From positions 416,001-480,000 of the forward strand of contig JBMNJT010000008.1 in assembly GCA_050951805.1 (NCBI GenBank): DNA of 64,000 nucleotides, in the 5' to 3' direction. The stretch comes from Bacillota bacterium. GTDB lineage: Bacteria; Bacillota; DTU025. The position numbers were made by a program, and so were the translations under genes. Numbering within the stretch: position 1 is the first letter of the stretch; the number at the start of each line of letters is the position of its first letter. The notes under the pieces are model-generated. The model had not been told where the DNA came from, searched no databases, and saw only the letters and a list, made by a program, of their open reading frames with translations. Of the stretch, positions 39,549 through 55,295 are shown one piece after another.

Positions 39549-39944
39549 TCTGCTGAGCCTTGAAGTCACTGAAAAAGTCGAATCTATGCCGGGGGAAGGC
39601 AATGCGGACATCGCACACGCCGACTCCCGGCGATTCTATCTGTGCCAGTTTCAGGCTGTGGATATTGAGCAGGCTCGTGTTTCGCCAAAGCTTCCTCCCA
39701 ACCGGTCCTAGCGCAGCCTTGCGTGTCTCTTTTCCCCGCAATAATCACTAATTCCCTTCTCAGGTTCGCATCGGGTATCCTCGGAGAGTTGTAAGAGAAA
39801 CTCAACTTCACAGTAAACATATTATGCTCTCTGGAGCAATGACGTTATGCCAAAAGCTACAGGCGGGAAGAAAGGGAGTGCGTTGTATTCCAAATGTGGG
39901 TTTTGTGATCCAAGAATGGCTGTAAGGGCTCTAGCTGGCATGAT

Positions 39945-39973
39945 TTGACGCGATTCGGGCTATATGTTAACAT
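39945..39973 (+). promoter_or_regulatory. Putative sigma-A promoter of rpoB copy 1
   Basis: TTGACG-17 bp-TAACAT with extended TG; positional homolog of 43809-43837. Confidence 0.6.
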
Positions 39974-40216
39974 AAAGGATGATGCCGAAGGACGGGCAGA
40001 TCGAGTGCGCTGTGATTTGCGGGCACCCAGCCCTTGCGGAGCCGAGCTTTGGCTTCGCGCAAGTGTCCAGTGAATAGGTTATGAGAGGGCGGCAAAACGC
40101 TGATGTTTTGCACGTGAGATCTGCCAGTCTCAGTGCGGCTCTGGCTTATGGGCGTTTGGTCCATGTCATGATGGTCTGCACTGTTTCTTGTATCTGAAAA
40201 GCCGTTAGAAAGTAGG

Positions 40217-43200
40217 GTGGGGTCTATTGAGATTGCGACTAAGCAGATGAAACGCGAGAGAATCCTGTTTTCCAAGGTCCCCAGTGTCCTCGATCTCCCC
40301 AACCTCATCGAGGTCCAGCACAAATCATATCAATGGTTTCTCGGAGAGGGCCTGCGCGAAGTGTTCCGAGATATCTCGCCAGTCCAGGATTTTACCGGCA
40401 ACCTTGTCCTCGAGTTTACCGGATACGCCTTAGGCGATCCGAAATATACGGTGGAGGAATGCAAAAGACGGGACGTTACTTATTCTGCTCCACTCAATGC
40501 AAAGGTCAGGTTGATCAGTAAGGCAACTGGAGAGGTCAAAGAACAGGAGGTTTTCATGGGAGACTTTCCGCTCATGACCGAGGCTGGCACATTTGTTATC
40601 AACGGGGCGGAACGCGTAGTCGTCAGCCAGCTGGTGAGATCCCCAGGCGCCTATTTTGACATTGACAGGGATTCATCCGGAAGGGAGATCTACACGGCAT
40701 CCATAAGGCCTAACCGAGGCGCTTGGCTTGAGTTTGAGACGGATGCCTCGAATATGGTCTGGGTGCGCGTTGACCGGACGAGAAAGCTTCCTGCCACGGT
40801 CATGTTGAGGGCGATGGGGCTTAGCTCAGATGAGGAGATCATCGAGGTTTTCGGAGACAACGAGTACATCCGCAATACGTTGGAACGGGACAACACGAGT
40901 AACGAGGAAGAGGCCCTGATAGAGATCTACAAACGCCTTAGGCCAGGCGAGCCGCCTTCTATTGATAGTGCGAGGTCTTTGTTTGAGTTTCTTTTCTTCG
41001 ATCCCAGGAGATATGACTTGGCGAAGGTGGGCCGCTACAAACTCAACAAGAAGCTGGAACTTGCCGACAGGCTGATCGGTCAAAGGCTGGCCGAGCCCAT
41101 ACATTATCCGGTTACAAATGGCACAGATCCGGCAAGGGCCGTAGTGGATTCGGAGACGGGAGAGATCACCTGGCTTGATGACGCGGGCGAGGAGGTAGAT
41201 CTAGGGACCAAGCTGGCGTTGGAAGCAGGAAAGAAGGTTACTGCCAGACGAGCCGAACTCGTTCGGGAGCTGGAACAGCAAGGACATATAGGAGAAGCGA
41301 TTCTTGTTGCTCCGGATGACGCGCCGCAAGATTCTATAAAGGTTATCGGCAATCGATATCCCCCTGCCAACCTTGTTGTAATTACGCCCGCGGACGTTGT
41401 GGCTACTGTGAATTATCTCGTCAATCTTCCATATGGCATTGGCACGATTGATGATATCGACCACCTTGGTAATCGAAGGCTCAAGACCGTTGGCGAACTG
41501 CTGCAGAATCAGTTCAGGATTGGATTATCCCGCATGGAACGGGTGATACGCGAGCGCATGACTATTCAGGATGTTGAAGCTGTGACGCCTAAGGGCTTGA
41601 TGAATGTCAGGCCAGTGGTGGCCGCGGTAAGGGAGTTCTTTGGATCGAGCCAGCTGTCGCAATTCATGGACCAGACAAATCCGCTGGCCGAACTGACTCA
41701 TAAGCGCCGATTGTCAGCGCTTGGCCCCGGGGGGCTGTCGTGGAGGAGAGCCGGGTTCGAAGTGCGCGACATCCATCATTCTCATTATGGCAGGATATGT
41801 CCGATCGAGACGCCTGAAGGGCCTAACATCGGGTTGATAGGGTCTTTGTGTACGTATGCCCGTGTCAATGAATACGGTTTCATTGAGACGCCCTATAGGC
41901 GGGTTGAGGACGGAAAGGTGACGGAGGAGATCAGATATCTCACTGCCGATATGGAAGACAGATACGTCATCGCTCAGGCAAATGAGCCCATGAATGAGGA
42001 TGGTTCTTTTGCTAGTCAGCGAGTAGCATGTCGCTTGAAGGATGAGATCGTAATAGTCCCGGTCGATCAGGTAGATTACATGGATGTCTCGCCCAAACAG
42101 TTGGTTTCAATTGGTACTGCCCTTATCCCGTTCTTGGGGAATGATGATGCTGGTCGGGCTCTGATGGGCTCGAACATGCAGAGACAGGCGGTTCCGCTTT
42201 TGAGTCCGGAAGCCCCGCTGGTGGGAACAGGCATGGAATACAAATCGGCTCTCGATTCTGGGGCGGTGATCGTGGCCAAGCATGGCGGATTCGTTAGAAG
42301 TGCGTGTGCTGATCGAATCGTGGTTGAGCGGGATGATGGCAGATTGGATACATACAATGTGACCAAATTTGCCAGATCAAACCAGGGTACATGCATTAAC
42401 CAGAAACCTTTGGTCAGAGTTGGTCATAGAGTCGAGCCAGGCGACGTGATTGCCGATGGACCATCCACTGATATGGGCGAGATGGCGCTGGGACGAAACA
42501 TTTTAGTCGCGTTCATGCCGTGGGAGGGCTACAATTATGAGGACGCCATCCTCATATCTGAGCAACTCGTGATCGACGATGTCTTTACATCCATACACAT
42601 CGAGGAGTACGAATGTGATGCTCGAGATACTAAGCTTGGACCTGAGGAGATAACGAGGGATATCCCGAATATCGGCGAGGACGCCCTGAAGGACTTGGAT
42701 GAGGATGGTATAATCAGGATCGGCGCAGAGGTGCAGCCCGGCGACATCCTTGTAGGAAGGGTTACGCCGAAGGGCGAGACTGAGCTCACGCCTGAGGAGC
42801 GCTTGCTCCGGGCAATATTCGGCGAGAAGGCGCGTGAAGTGCGCGATACCTCGCTCAGGGTGCCCCACGGCGAGTCAGGGAAGGTAGTAGAGGTCCATGC
42901 GTTTTCCCGTGAGAACGGAGACGAGCTTGCTCCGGGTGTAGGTAAGCTTGTCAGAGTTTATGTGGCGCAGAAGCGGAAGATCTCCGAGGGCGATAAAATG
43001 GCGGGCCGCCACGGAAACAAGGGCGTGATTGCCAAGATATTGCCGGTCGAAGACATGCCGTTTTTGCCGGACGGGCGTCCGGTGGAGATAGTCCTCAATC
43101 CGTTGGGAGTGCCTTCGCGGATGAATATCGGTCAGGTGCTGGAGACTCACCTTGGCTGGGCCGCAGCCGCTCTCGGCGTTCACGTGGCAACGCCTGTGTT

Positions 43201-43678
43201 CGACGGTGCTGATGAGGACGACGTTTTTGGGTATCTGGAGAAAGCAGGTCTGCCCGCAAATGGCAAGACTATTCTGTATGACGGGAGAACCGGTGAACCA
43301 TTCGACCGAGAGGTGACTGTGGGCTACGCCTACTTGATGAAACTACTACACCTTGTCGACGACAAGATCCATGCGCGTTCCACAGGACCATACTCCCTAG
43401 TGACCCAGCAGCCACTGGGCGGCAAAGCTCAGTTCGGAGGGCAGAGATTCGGCGAGATGGAGGTTTGGGCATTGGAGGCCTATGGGGCCGCCCACACGCT
43501 TCAAGAGATGCTCACCGTAAAGTCAGACGATGTTTTGGGCAGAGTCAAAACATATGAGGCGATTGTAAAAGGGGACATGATTCCTGAACCTGGCGTTCCT
43601 GAGTCCTTCAAAGTGATGATCAGAGAGATGCAGGGCCTATGCCTTGATATACAGGTCTTGCCTGCGGACGAGGAATGA
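40217..43678 (+). CDS. rpoB: RNA polymerase beta subunit, divergent paralog (copy 1)
   Basis: All conserved beta regions present ([37 protein letters not shown]); 1153 aa; start ambiguous (GTG 40217, ATT 40226 or ATG 40247). Confidence 0.95.
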   Translation: MGSIEIATKQMKRERILFSKVPSVLDLPNLIEVQHKSYQWFLGEGLREVFRDISPVQDFTGNLVLEFTGYALGDPKYTVEECKRRDVTYSAPLNAKVRLISKATGEVKEQEVFMGDFPLMTEAGTFVINGAERVVVSQLVRSPGAYFDIDRDSSGREIYTASIRPNRGAWLEFETDASNMVWVRVDRTRKLPATVMLRAMGLSSDEEIIEVFGDNEYIRNTLERDNTSNEEEALIEIYKRLRPGEPPSIDSARSLFEFLFFDPRRYDLAKVGRYKLNKKLELADRLIGQRLAEPIHYPVTNGTDPARAVVDSETGEITWLDDAGEEVDLGTKLALEAGKKVTARRAELVRELEQQGHIGEAILVAPDDAPQDSIKVIGNRYPPANLVVITPADVVATVNYLVNLPYGIGTIDDIDHLGNRRLKTVGELLQNQFRIGLSRMERVIRERMTIQDVEAVTPKGLMNVRPVVAAVREFFGSSQLSQFMDQTNPLAELTHKRRLSALGPGGLSWRRAGFEVRDIHHSHYGRICPIETPEGPNIGLIGSLCTYARVNEYGFIETPYRRVEDGKVTEEIRYLTADMEDRYVIAQANEPMNEDGSFASQRVACRLKDEIVIVPVDQVDYMDVSPKQLVSIGTALIPFLGNDDAGRALMGSNMQRQAVPLLSPEAPLVGTGMEYKSALDSGAVIVAKHGGFVRSACADRIVVERDDGRLDTYNVTKFARSNQGTCINQKPLVRVGHRVEPGDVIADGPSTDMGEMALGRNILVAFMPWEGYNYEDAILISEQLVIDDVFTSIHIEEYECDARDTKLGPEEITRDIPNIGEDALKDLDEDGIIRIGAEVQPGDILVGRVTPKGETELTPEERLLRAIFGEKAREVRDTSLRVPHGESGKVVEVHAFSRENGDELAPGVGKLVRVYVAQKRKISEGDKMAGRHGNKGVIAKILPVEDMPFLPDGRPVEIVLNPLGVPSRMNIGQVLETHLGWAAAALGVHVATPVFDGADEDDVFGYLEKAGLPANGKTILYDGRTGEPFDREVTVGYAYLMKLLHLVDDKIHARSTGPYSLVTQQPLGGKAQFGGQRFGEMEVWALEAYGAAHTLQEMLTVKSDDVLGRVKTYEAIVKGDMIPEPGVPESFKVMIREMQGLCLDIQVLPADEE

Positions 43679-43808
43679 GCAATTACGTGCATGTGGCGGG
43701 TTTTGGAATCTTTACATTCATGGGTCCGCCTTGGAGGTAGGCGTTTTACAGCAGAGGCGGTGTTATCAACAAGACCTGATCAGCGCTTAAAAAACAGATA
43801 AATTGGTC

Positions 43809-43837
43809 TTGACGGGGCGTCACTCTTGTGGTAGCAT
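43809..43837 (+). promoter_or_regulatory. Putative sigma-A promoter of rpoB copy 2 and rpoC
   Basis: TTGACG-17 bp-TAGCAT with extended TG. Confidence 0.62.
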
Positions 43838-44103
43838 AATAAAATGTCACAAGGGCATGAGCAGAGTTGATGCGCCGTGATCTGCTGGGGCATAACCCTT
43901 CATGAGATGGAGCGGCGCGGGCACGCCCTGAGTGACGGAGGACTGAGGTATAAGGGGACAAATGAACACACATGCTATTTGCAGGTATGATCTATTAGTC
44001 TCAGCGCGGCTTTGACTGGAGGATATGCGCCAAAGGTCATTAATGTCCGCGCTATTCGTTATGCCCGGAAATCTACAATCTACAAGGAAGTAGGGTGGGT
44101 TGT

Positions 44104-47778
<3,675 letters not shown>

Positions 47779-47834
47779 GATGCGGGTGGCGGATAACGGG
47801 TCGGAGCCCCAGGGCGAAGGAGGGGGAGGGGCGG

Positions 47835-50800
47835 ATGCTGGACGTCAATGATTTTGATCGAATTAGAATAGGAATGGCATCGCCAGAGCAAATCCGGGCC
47901 TGGTCGAGTGGTGAGGTTAAGAAACCTGAGACGATTAACTATCGTACTCTGAAGCCTGAACGCGAGGGACTTTTCTGTGAGAAGATCTTTGGCCCGACGC
48001 GTGACTGGGAATGCCATTGCGGCAAATACAAGCGCATAAGATACAAAGGCGTCGTATGTGACAAGTGCGGCGTGGAGGTTACCCGGGCAAAGGTTCGTCG
48101 CGAGAGGCTGGGCCATATTGAATTGGCTGCCCCGGTCTCGCATATTTGGTATTTCAAAGGAATTCCGAGCCGAATGGGCCTCTTGCTGGATATGTCTCCT
48201 AGGTCATTGGAGAAAGTGCTTTACTTTGCATCCTACATCGTGACTGATCCGGGAGATACGCCGCTTTCGAAGAAACAGCTATTAACTGAAAGCGAATACC
48301 GTGAATACAGAGAGAAATACGGACAGCTCTTCAAGGCGGGAATGGGAGCCGAGGCGATACAGGAGCTTCTCCGCGACATCGATTTGGATGAGCTTGTCCA
48401 AGAGCTTCGCGACGATATTGAAAACAGTTCTGGCCAGAAACGTGTGCGTGCCATACGCAGGTTGGAGGTTGCTGAGGCTTTTCGAAAATCCGGAAACCGG
48501 CCTGAATGGATGATACTCGATGTCATTCCTGTGATACCTCCGGATCTGCGCCCAATGGTGCAGTTGGACGGTGGCAGGTTCGCCACCAGTGACTTGAATG
48601 ATCTGTATCGTCGGGTCATAAACAGGAACAACAGGCTGAAGAAGCTTCTGGACTTGGAGGCGCCCGACATTATCGTTCGCAACGAAAAAAGGATGCTGCA
48701 AGAGGCGGTGGACGCTCTTATCGACAATGGTCGCAGGGGAAGGCCGGTTACAGGACCTGGCAACAGGCCCTTGAAGTCGATGTCAGACTTGCTCAAGGGC
48801 AAGCAGGGAAGGTTCAGGCAGAACCTCCTCGGAAAGCGTGTCGACTACTCGGGCAGATCCGTTATTGTCGTCGGACCGACTCTCAAGATGCATCAGTGCG
48901 GATTGCCCAAGGAGATGGCTCTTGAGTTGTTCAAGCCTTTTGTTATGAAGAGGCTTGTCGACAAGGGCTATGCTCATAACATAAAGAGTGCCAAGCGGAT
49001 GGTGGAGCGCGTAAGGCCCGAGGTGTGGGACATTCTCGAGGAGATCATTGCTGAGCATCCGGTGCTTCTAAACCGTGCTCCTACCCTTCATAGGCTCGGC
49101 ATTCAGGCGTTTGAGCCCGTCTTGGTGGAGGGCAGGGCCATACAGATTCATCCGCTTGTCTGCACCGCCTACAATGCAGACTTCGACGGTGACCAGATGG
49201 CGGTCCACGTGCCGTTGTCCGCTGAGGCGCAGGCCGAATCGAGGTTGCTCATGCTGTCGGTGAACAACATTCTTTCACCGGCTCACGGCGGCCCGCTGGC
49301 TACGCCCACGCAGGACATGGTTTTGGGCTGCTACTACCTGACATTCGAGCGGATAGGCGCCAAGGGCGAGGGGAAGCTGTTTGAGAATCCGGAAGCGGCT
49401 CGAGCGGCTTATGATGCTGGCGCAATCGCATTGCATTCCATGATTGTAGTGCGAATTCCAGAGTCCAAGCTTCTGTTGGGAGCGGAGGAGGCTGGCACTC
49501 GCAGGATAGTGACTACCGTTGGCAAGCTTATATTCAATGAGATATTCCCGGATGACTTCCCCTATATAAACTCCGCGGAGTCATCATTTGATTCAGCGCT
49601 CACTGAGGGCGACTTCTTGCCGAGGGGTGTCTCTTTTTGGGAGTACGAGGAGTCAGGCGGCAATCGCATGCGCAAACCGGCTACCAAGGGTTTCTTGAGC
49701 AAACTCGTGGGTGTGATCAGGAGAAAGTACGGGAACGCGAGGACCGCTGATGTATTGGATGCCCTGAAGAACCTCGGATTTCATTACGCCACTGTGTCAG
49801 GGACTACGGTAGGCATAGTCGACATTGCTGTGCCCGACAAGAAACAGGCCATCATAAAGGATGCCGACGCCAGGGTCGAGGAGATCGAGGGTCAGTACAG
49901 AAGAGGCTTGCTTCTGGAGGACGAAAAGTACAGCCTGATAATAGATGTTTGGACTGAGGCGCGCGAGAACGTTCAGGAAGCCATGATGCGGGAGATTCGG
50001 CCGGATATTCTGATGGCCCGCAAACTCGAGGAGGCCAAGCTGACTGGGGAGAGAGAGCGTGTGGAGTTCAAGATCGACGAGCTCAATCCCGTATACATGA
50101 TGGCCACATCGGGCGCTCGTGGTAATGTGCAGCAGCTCAACCAGCTTGCAGGGATGAGAGGCCTCGTCGCCGACCCGTCAGGACGGACTATCGACGTCCC
50201 CATCAAGGCCAACTTCAGGGAAGGCCTGAATGTGTTGGAGTACTTCATTTCCACCCACGGGACTCGTAAGGGGCTGGCCGACACTGCTCTTAGAACAGCT
50301 GACTCAGGCTACCTCACCAGGCGGCTTGTGGATGTGGCTCAGGACGTAATCGTCAGGGAGGATGATTGCGGCACTACCGAGGGAATCGATGTGTCCGCGA
50401 TTGTTGAAGGCGATACGGTGATCGAGAGCCTGTCGGAGAGGATCACTGGGCGCGTGAGCCTGCAGGAGCTGGTGAACGAAGAGACCGGCGAGGTGATCGT
50501 CGCCAAGAACCAGATGATCGATGAGGACCAGGCCAAGATGATCGAGGATTTGGGATACGAGTCTTGGGCTGTGCGGTCGGTTTTGAAATGTAGGACGCGC
50601 CATGGTGTGTGTGTCATGTGCTACGGGCGCAATCTTGCAACAGGCAACTTGGTTGAAGTAGGCGAAGCGGTCGGAACCATTGCTGCGCAATCCATTGGCG
50701 AGCCCGGCACGCAGCTGACTATGAGGACATTCCACACGGGCGGCGTTGCAGGGGACGACATCACCCGCGGCCTGCCCAGGGTTGAGGAACTGTTCGAGGC

Positions 50801-51659
50801 GAGAAAGCCCAAGGGCCTTGCCATCATTACTGAGTATGCTGGCGAAGTAAGCATGGTTGAGGCCAAGGGGTCTCGCAAGATAGTCATAACTCAACCTTCA
50901 GGCGAATCCCATGAGTACTCCGTGCCATATGGTGCACGGCTGGAGGTTAAGGAAGGCCAGAAGGTCGAGCCGGGCCAGAAGCTTACTGAAGGGTCGCTCA
51001 ATCCCCACGATATATTGCGAATTCGCGGGTCAGTAGCTGTGCAGCAGTATATAGTCAGAGAAGTGCAGGACGTCTACCGTTCCCAGGGTGTCGAGATCAA
51101 TGACAAGCATATCGAGGTAGTAGTCAGACAGATGATGCGCAAGGTGAAAGTAGAGAATCCGGGAGACACGGATCTGCTCCCCGGCGAGCTGGTAGACATC
51201 TTCAGGTTTGAGGACACTAATGCTGAAGCCAAGGCGAATGGGCTCAGGCCAGCTACGTGCAAGCCGGCGCTTCTCGGGATCACCAAGGCGTCACTGCAGA
51301 CAGACAGCTTCCTGTCGGCGGCTTCGTTCCAGGAGACTACCAGAGTCCTTACGGAAGCTGCTATGAAGGGCAAGAGTGATGAGCTCATTGGTCTGAAGGA
51401 GAATGTCATCATAGGCAAGCTTGTTCCGGCAGGCACCGGGATGCCGAGATACCGCAATGTGAGGGTCCTTGCGTCTCCGGAAGCCAGTAGGGAAATCGAA
51501 CGCGATATTGAGAAGGCCGAAAGAGGTCGACGAGATGTAAGAGAAGCTGCATCTCCTGGGGCCGCGAGGGCAGATTCTCTTGGAGCGCCCTTGGCGGAGC
51601 ATCTGGGGAAGGAAATAACAGAGGCCCTGAGCGAGGGGGCGTCGCAGGCCCAGTCCTAG
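47835..51659 (+). CDS. rpoC: RNA polymerase beta' subunit
   Basis: NADFDGDQM catalytic loop, Zn-finger cysteines, QLTMRTFH trigger loop. Confidence 0.98.
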   Translation: MLDVNDFDRIRIGMASPEQIRAWSSGEVKKPETINYRTLKPEREGLFCEKIFGPTRDWECHCGKYKRIRYKGVVCDKCGVEVTRAKVRRERLGHIELAAPVSHIWYFKGIPSRMGLLLDMSPRSLEKVLYFASYIVTDPGDTPLSKKQLLTESEYREYREKYGQLFKAGMGAEAIQELLRDIDLDELVQELRDDIENSSGQKRVRAIRRLEVAEAFRKSGNRPEWMILDVIPVIPPDLRPMVQLDGGRFATSDLNDLYRRVINRNNRLKKLLDLEAPDIIVRNEKRMLQEAVDALIDNGRRGRPVTGPGNRPLKSMSDLLKGKQGRFRQNLLGKRVDYSGRSVIVVGPTLKMHQCGLPKEMALELFKPFVMKRLVDKGYAHNIKSAKRMVERVRPEVWDILEEIIAEHPVLLNRAPTLHRLGIQAFEPVLVEGRAIQIHPLVCTAYNADFDGDQMAVHVPLSAEAQAESRLLMLSVNNILSPAHGGPLATPTQDMVLGCYYLTFERIGAKGEGKLFENPEAARAAYDAGAIALHSMIVVRIPESKLLLGAEEAGTRRIVTTVGKLIFNEIFPDDFPYINSAESSFDSALTEGDFLPRGVSFWEYEESGGNRMRKPATKGFLSKLVGVIRRKYGNARTADVLDALKNLGFHYATVSGTTVGIVDIAVPDKKQAIIKDADARVEEIEGQYRRGLLLEDEKYSLIIDVWTEARENVQEAMMREIRPDILMARKLEEAKLTGERERVEFKIDELNPVYMMATSGARGNVQQLNQLAGMRGLVADPSGRTIDVPIKANFREGLNVLEYFISTHGTRKGLADTALRTADSGYLTRRLVDVAQDVIVREDDCGTTEGIDVSAIVEGDTVIESLSERITGRVSLQELVNEETGEVIVAKNQMIDEDQAKMIEDLGYESWAVRSVLKCRTRHGVCVMCYGRNLATGNLVEVGEAVGTIAAQSIGEPGTQLTMRTFHTGGVAGDDITRGLPRVEELFEARKPKGLAIITEYAGEVSMVEAKGSRKIVITQPSGESHEYSVPYGARLEVKEGQKVEPGQKLTEGSLNPHDILRIRGSVAVQQYIVREVQDVYRSQGVEINDKHIEVVVRQMMRKVKVENPGDTDLLPGELVDIFRFEDTNAEAKANGLRPATCKPALLGITKASLQTDSFLSAASFQETTRVLTEAAMKGKSDELIGLKENVIIGKLVPAGTGMPRYRNVRVLASPEASREIERDIEKAERGRRDVREAASPGAARADSLGAPLAEHLGKEITEALSEGASQAQS

Positions 51660-51808
51660 ACAGCCCGGCTATCTTACGCTCTCGGCTAGGCTAGGTTGTG
51701 TGGCCGCATGTTCGCGTGAGTTTTGCGTGGGCGTGCGGTCGCTTCTTGGAACCGGCGGTTCTGTTGGAGTAAATCTCGCAGAATTGGGGAATAGCTCGTT
51801 GTGCCCCC

Positions 51809-51837
51809 TTGACAGGCTCGGGGGCTGATGGTAAAAT
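51809..51837 (+). promoter_or_regulatory. Sigma-A promoter of the str operon
   Basis: TTGACA-17 bp-TAAAAT with extended TG. Confidence 0.8.
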
Positions 51838-51902
51838 GTAAAACTGTCTGAGCCTCTGAAGCTAGGGCTTGAAACGATATGCCGAAAGGAGCGATAACAC
51901 CC

Positions 51903-52151
51903 ATGAACCAGGGTCTTGCCGACGCAGATAGTCGAGTGATCGGCACAAAGCAGACGGTAAGAGCTTTGGAGCGAGGGTGCGTGAGTGCGGTATATATCGC
52001 AAGCGATGCTGAGGAGCACGTTATCCGTGATGTGAAGGCGTTATGTGTGAGAAACGGCGTACCTATTATAATGGTCGATTCCATGGAAGAGCTGGGTAAG
52101 GCATGTGGGATCGATGTGGGCGCCGCTTCCGCTGCTATACTCCATGAGTAG
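51903..52151 (+). CDS. ybxF: L7Ae-like ribosome-associated protein (YbxF)
   Basis: IGTKQTVRAL, IASDAE, LGKACGIDVGA; ATG 51903 after AAGGAG. Confidence 0.9.
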   Translation: MNQGLADADSRVIGTKQTVRALERGCVSAVYIASDAEEHVIRDVKALCVRNGVPIIMVDSMEELGKACGIDVGAASAAILHE

Positions 52152-52235
52152 AGAGTGTCCCTTGCACCTGGACTCAGGTGGAAGGGGCATATTCTGTCCG
52201 CAGCGTCTGACTCTATGGGAAGGAGGTGGGTCATT

Positions 52236-52649
52236 GTGCCGACCATTAACCAGCTGGTAAGAAAAGGCCGTAAGCAGTCAAAGGCTAAGTCTGCATCGCC
52301 TGCACTCAGGTACCAGTACAACTCTTTGAACCGCAGGTCAACCTATGGGAAGGGCGCTCCGCAGCGCAGGGGCGTGTGTACCGTTGTGAGGACGACTACC
52401 CCGAAGAAGCCGAATTCGGCCCTTAGGAAGATCGCCAGGGTCAGGCTGACAAACGGACTTGAGGTTACAGCGTACATTCCAGGTGAAGGGCATAACCTCC
52501 AGGAGCACTCAGTCGTGCTGATCAGGGGTGGCCGTATCAAGGATGTGCCTGGTGTCAGGTATCACATCGTGCGCGGTACTCTTGATGCTGCTGGAGTTGC
52601 AGATAGACGTCAGGGCCGTTCGAAGTATGGCGCGAAGCGCCCGAAGTAA
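52236..52649 (+). CDS. rpsL: 30S ribosomal protein S12
   Basis: PTINQLVRK...[10 protein letters not shown]; GTG start after AGGAGG. Confidence 0.97.
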   Translation: MPTINQLVRKGRKQSKAKSASPALRYQYNSLNRRSTYGKGAPQRRGVCTVVRTTTPKKPNSALRKIARVRLTNGLEVTAYIPGEGHNLQEHSVVLIRGGRIKDVPGVRYHIVRGTLDAAGVADRRQGRSKYGAKRPK

Positions 52650-52678
52650 TGCTGTTGAGCGCGAGGGGAGGGTGAGTG

Positions 52679-53149
52679 ATGCCAAGGCGAGGTACAATAG
52701 TCAAGCATGAAACGGTTCCAGATCCGGTTTATAACAGCGAGCTGATGGCTGAGTTCATAAGCAAGTTGATGCTGGATGGAAAGAAGAGCGTAGCTGAATC
52801 AATACTGTACGAGGCCGCAGATATTGTCCAGGCTAAGACCGGCAAGGAGCCTTTGGATACGTTTGAGCGGGCTGTAAAGAATGTCATGCCTGTGCTCGAA
52901 GTGCGGGCGCGAAGGGTTGGCGGTGCGACTTACCAGGTGCCAACGGAAGTCAGACCGGAGAGGCGGAAGGCTCTCGCGTTCCGATGGATCGTTGGGAATG
53001 CCAGGAAACGACCGGAGAGGACTATGGCCGAAAGGCTTGCTGCGGAGATCCTTGACGCGTCAGAGAACACGGGGGCTTCAGTCAAGAGAAAAGAGGAAAT
53101 GCACAGAATGGCCGAAGCCAACAAGGCCTTTGCGCATTATAGATGGTAG
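52679..53149 (+). CDS. rpsG: 30S ribosomal protein S7
   Basis: MPRRG...[11 protein letters not shown]...[10 protein letters not shown]. Confidence 0.97.
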   Translation: MPRRGTIVKHETVPDPVYNSELMAEFISKLMLDGKKSVAESILYEAADIVQAKTGKEPLDTFERAVKNVMPVLEVRARRVGGATYQVPTEVRPERRKALAFRWIVGNARKRPERTMAERLAAEILDASENTGASVKRKEEMHRMAEANKAFAHYRW

Positions 53150-53183
53150 TCAAGGCATCCAGCGCGTGTAAGGGGGGAGAGGT

Positions 53184-55271
53184 ATGCTTGGGGTGACGCC
53201 ACCTGAGAGAATTAGAAATATAGGCATTATGGCGCACATCGACGCTGGCAAAACAACTACGACCGAGCGTATTCTCTTCTATACCGGTCGGGTTCACCGG
53301 CTCGGTGAAGTTGATTCCGGCACGGCCACGATGGACTGGATGGTGCAGGAGCAGGAGCGGGGCATTACTATTACGTCTGCTGCGACGACGTGCGATTGGC
53401 GAGATTATCAAATAAACATTATCGACACGCCCGGGCACGTGGACTTTACTGTGGAGGTCGAACGATCTCTCAGAGTGCTCGATGGGGCGGTGGCTCTCTT
53501 CGACGCGGCCGAAGGAGTTCAACCCCAGTCGGAGACGGTTTGGCGACAGGCTGACCGATATCGGGTTCCACGGATAGCTTTTGTGAACAAAATGGACCGA
53601 GTAGGCGCCGATTTTGACATGGCTGTTCGTGCGATTCGTGAGAGACTCGGGGCCACGCCAGCGCCAGTGCAGATCCCAATAGGGGCTGAGGACCGGTTTG
53701 CCGGTATGATCGATTTGATATCGCAAAAAGCCATCGTCTATATGGATGATCTCGGCTTGAATCGGCAGGTTGTCGAGATCCCTGAAGAGCTTCGCCAGCC
53801 TGCAGCTGAGGCTAGGGAGCGCTTGGTGGAGCTGGTGGCGGAGAACGATGATCATGTCATGATGCTCTATGTTGATGGGGAAGAGATAACTTCACAAGAC
53901 ATCATTGACGGGTTGCGTAGGGCGACGTTATCGGCTAAACTGACTCCGGTTCTATGTGGGTCTGCATATAGGAACAAGGGCGTGCAATCGCTTCTCGATG
54001 CGATTGTCGACTATCTTCCGTCGCCGATGGACGTACCGCCCATAGTCGGAGTAGATCCGACCAACGATGAAGAACAGATTGAGCGAAAGCCGTCTGATGA
54101 CGAGCCCTTCTGTGGGCTCGCGTTTAAGATCGCGACCGACCCATACGTGGGCAAGCTTGCCTACTTTCGGGTCTATTCAGGGGTTGCGAAGGTTGGAGAT
54201 GCGATCTACAATGCCTCGAAGGGAAAACGCGAGAGATTCGGTCGCATACTAAGAATGCATGCCAATCACAGGGAGGAACTTGATCTCGTATCCACAGGTG
54301 ACATCGTTGCGGCGGTGGGATTGAGAAACACAACCACCGGAGATACCCTCTGTGACGAGCGTGCACCGGTTGTGTTGGAGCGCATGGAGTTCCCTGAGCC
54401 CGTGATAGCGGTTGCGGTCGAACCAAAGAGCAAGAATGATGAGGATCGTTTGACAGTTTCCCTAGCGAAACTTGCAGAGGAGGATCCCACATTCCGAGTT
54501 CGAACCGATCCGGAGACGGGTCAGACGCTCATCTCGGGAATGGGCGAGCTCCATCTCGAGGTCATAGTCGATAGGCTTCTCCGTGAGTTTAACGTGCAGG
54601 CGAATGTTGGGAAACCTCAGGTTGCATACAGGGAAACAATAACGTGTCCGGTGAGACACGAAGGAAGATTTGTAAGGCAAACGGGTGGACGCGGACAGTA
54701 CGGCCACGTCGTTTTGGAACTGGAACCGGGCGCCCAAGGATCAGGCATTGTCTTTGAAAACAAGGTTGTAGGCGGAGCGATTCCTAAGGACTTCATACCC
54801 GCAGTCGAAGCCGGTATCATGGAGGCAGCAGGCAATGGAGTCTTGGCAGGATACCCAGTCGTTGACGTGGCGGTAGCGCTTGTGGATGGCTCTTACCACG
54901 AGGTCGATTCGTCTGAGCTTTCGTTCAAGATTGCAGGGTCTTTGGCTTTCAAAGAAGCCATGGAACGTGCCAAACCAGTGCTTCTGGAACCGATTATGAA
55001 AGTAGAGGTAGAAACGCCCGAGCTTTACGTCGGTGACATCATGGCGGATCTCGGCGCGCGAAGGGGCAAGGTCACTGCCCTGGAGAACGTCGGCCAGAAC
55101 CAAGTCATAAGGGCGCAGGTTCCGCTCGCGGAAATGTTTGGTTATGCCACAACCATGAGGTCACTTTCCCAGGGAAGGGCTAACCATACAATGCATTTTC
55201 TCAGGTATGAGCAGGTCCCCGACAACTTGGCTGCGGAGATCATGCGACGATACCGAGGAGTTTTGTCCTGA
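53184..55271 (+). CDS. fusA: Elongation factor G
   Basis: [30 protein letters not shown]. Confidence 0.96.
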   Translation: MLGVTPPERIRNIGIMAHIDAGKTTTTERILFYTGRVHRLGEVDSGTATMDWMVQEQERGITITSAATTCDWRDYQINIIDTPGHVDFTVEVERSLRVLDGAVALFDAAEGVQPQSETVWRQADRYRVPRIAFVNKMDRVGADFDMAVRAIRERLGATPAPVQIPIGAEDRFAGMIDLISQKAIVYMDDLGLNRQVVEIPEELRQPAAEARERLVELVAENDDHVMMLYVDGEEITSQDIIDGLRRATLSAKLTPVLCGSAYRNKGVQSLLDAIVDYLPSPMDVPPIVGVDPTNDEEQIERKPSDDEPFCGLAFKIATDPYVGKLAYFRVYSGVAKVGDAIYNASKGKRERFGRILRMHANHREELDLVSTGDIVAAVGLRNTTTGDTLCDERAPVVLERMEFPEPVIAVAVEPKSKNDEDRLTVSLAKLAEEDPTFRVRTDPETGQTLISGMGELHLEVIVDRLLREFNVQANVGKPQVAYRETITCPVRHEGRFVRQTGGRGQYGHVVLELEPGAQGSGIVFENKVVGGAIPKDFIPAVEAGIMEAAGNGVLAGYPVVDVAVALVDGSYHEVDSSELSFKIAGSLAFKEAMERAKPVLLEPIMKVEVETPELYVGDIMADLGARRGKVTALENVGQNQVIRAQVPLAEMFGYATTMRSLSQGRANHTMHFLRYEQVPDNLAAEIMRRYRGVLS

Positions 55272-55295
55272 GAATGCAAGGGAGGATTGAAAGAA

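Noticed and set aside
41640-41730. rpoB copy 1 as a classical rifampicin-resistant rpoB2
   Set aside because: Q513, D516, H526, S531 and L533 equivalents are wild type and identical in both copies.
40217-43678. rpoB copy 1 as a pseudogene or a simple repeat-assembly artefact
   Set aside because: The 3.4-kb ORF is uninterrupted, with mostly synonymous or conservative changes, and its sequence differs clearly from copy 2. A two-organism chimera still needs a read-level check.
53184-55271. Mildly divergent EF-G as a specialised paralog
   Set aside because: All GTPase motifs including RGITI are intact and it sits at the canonical str position; no support from this window alone.
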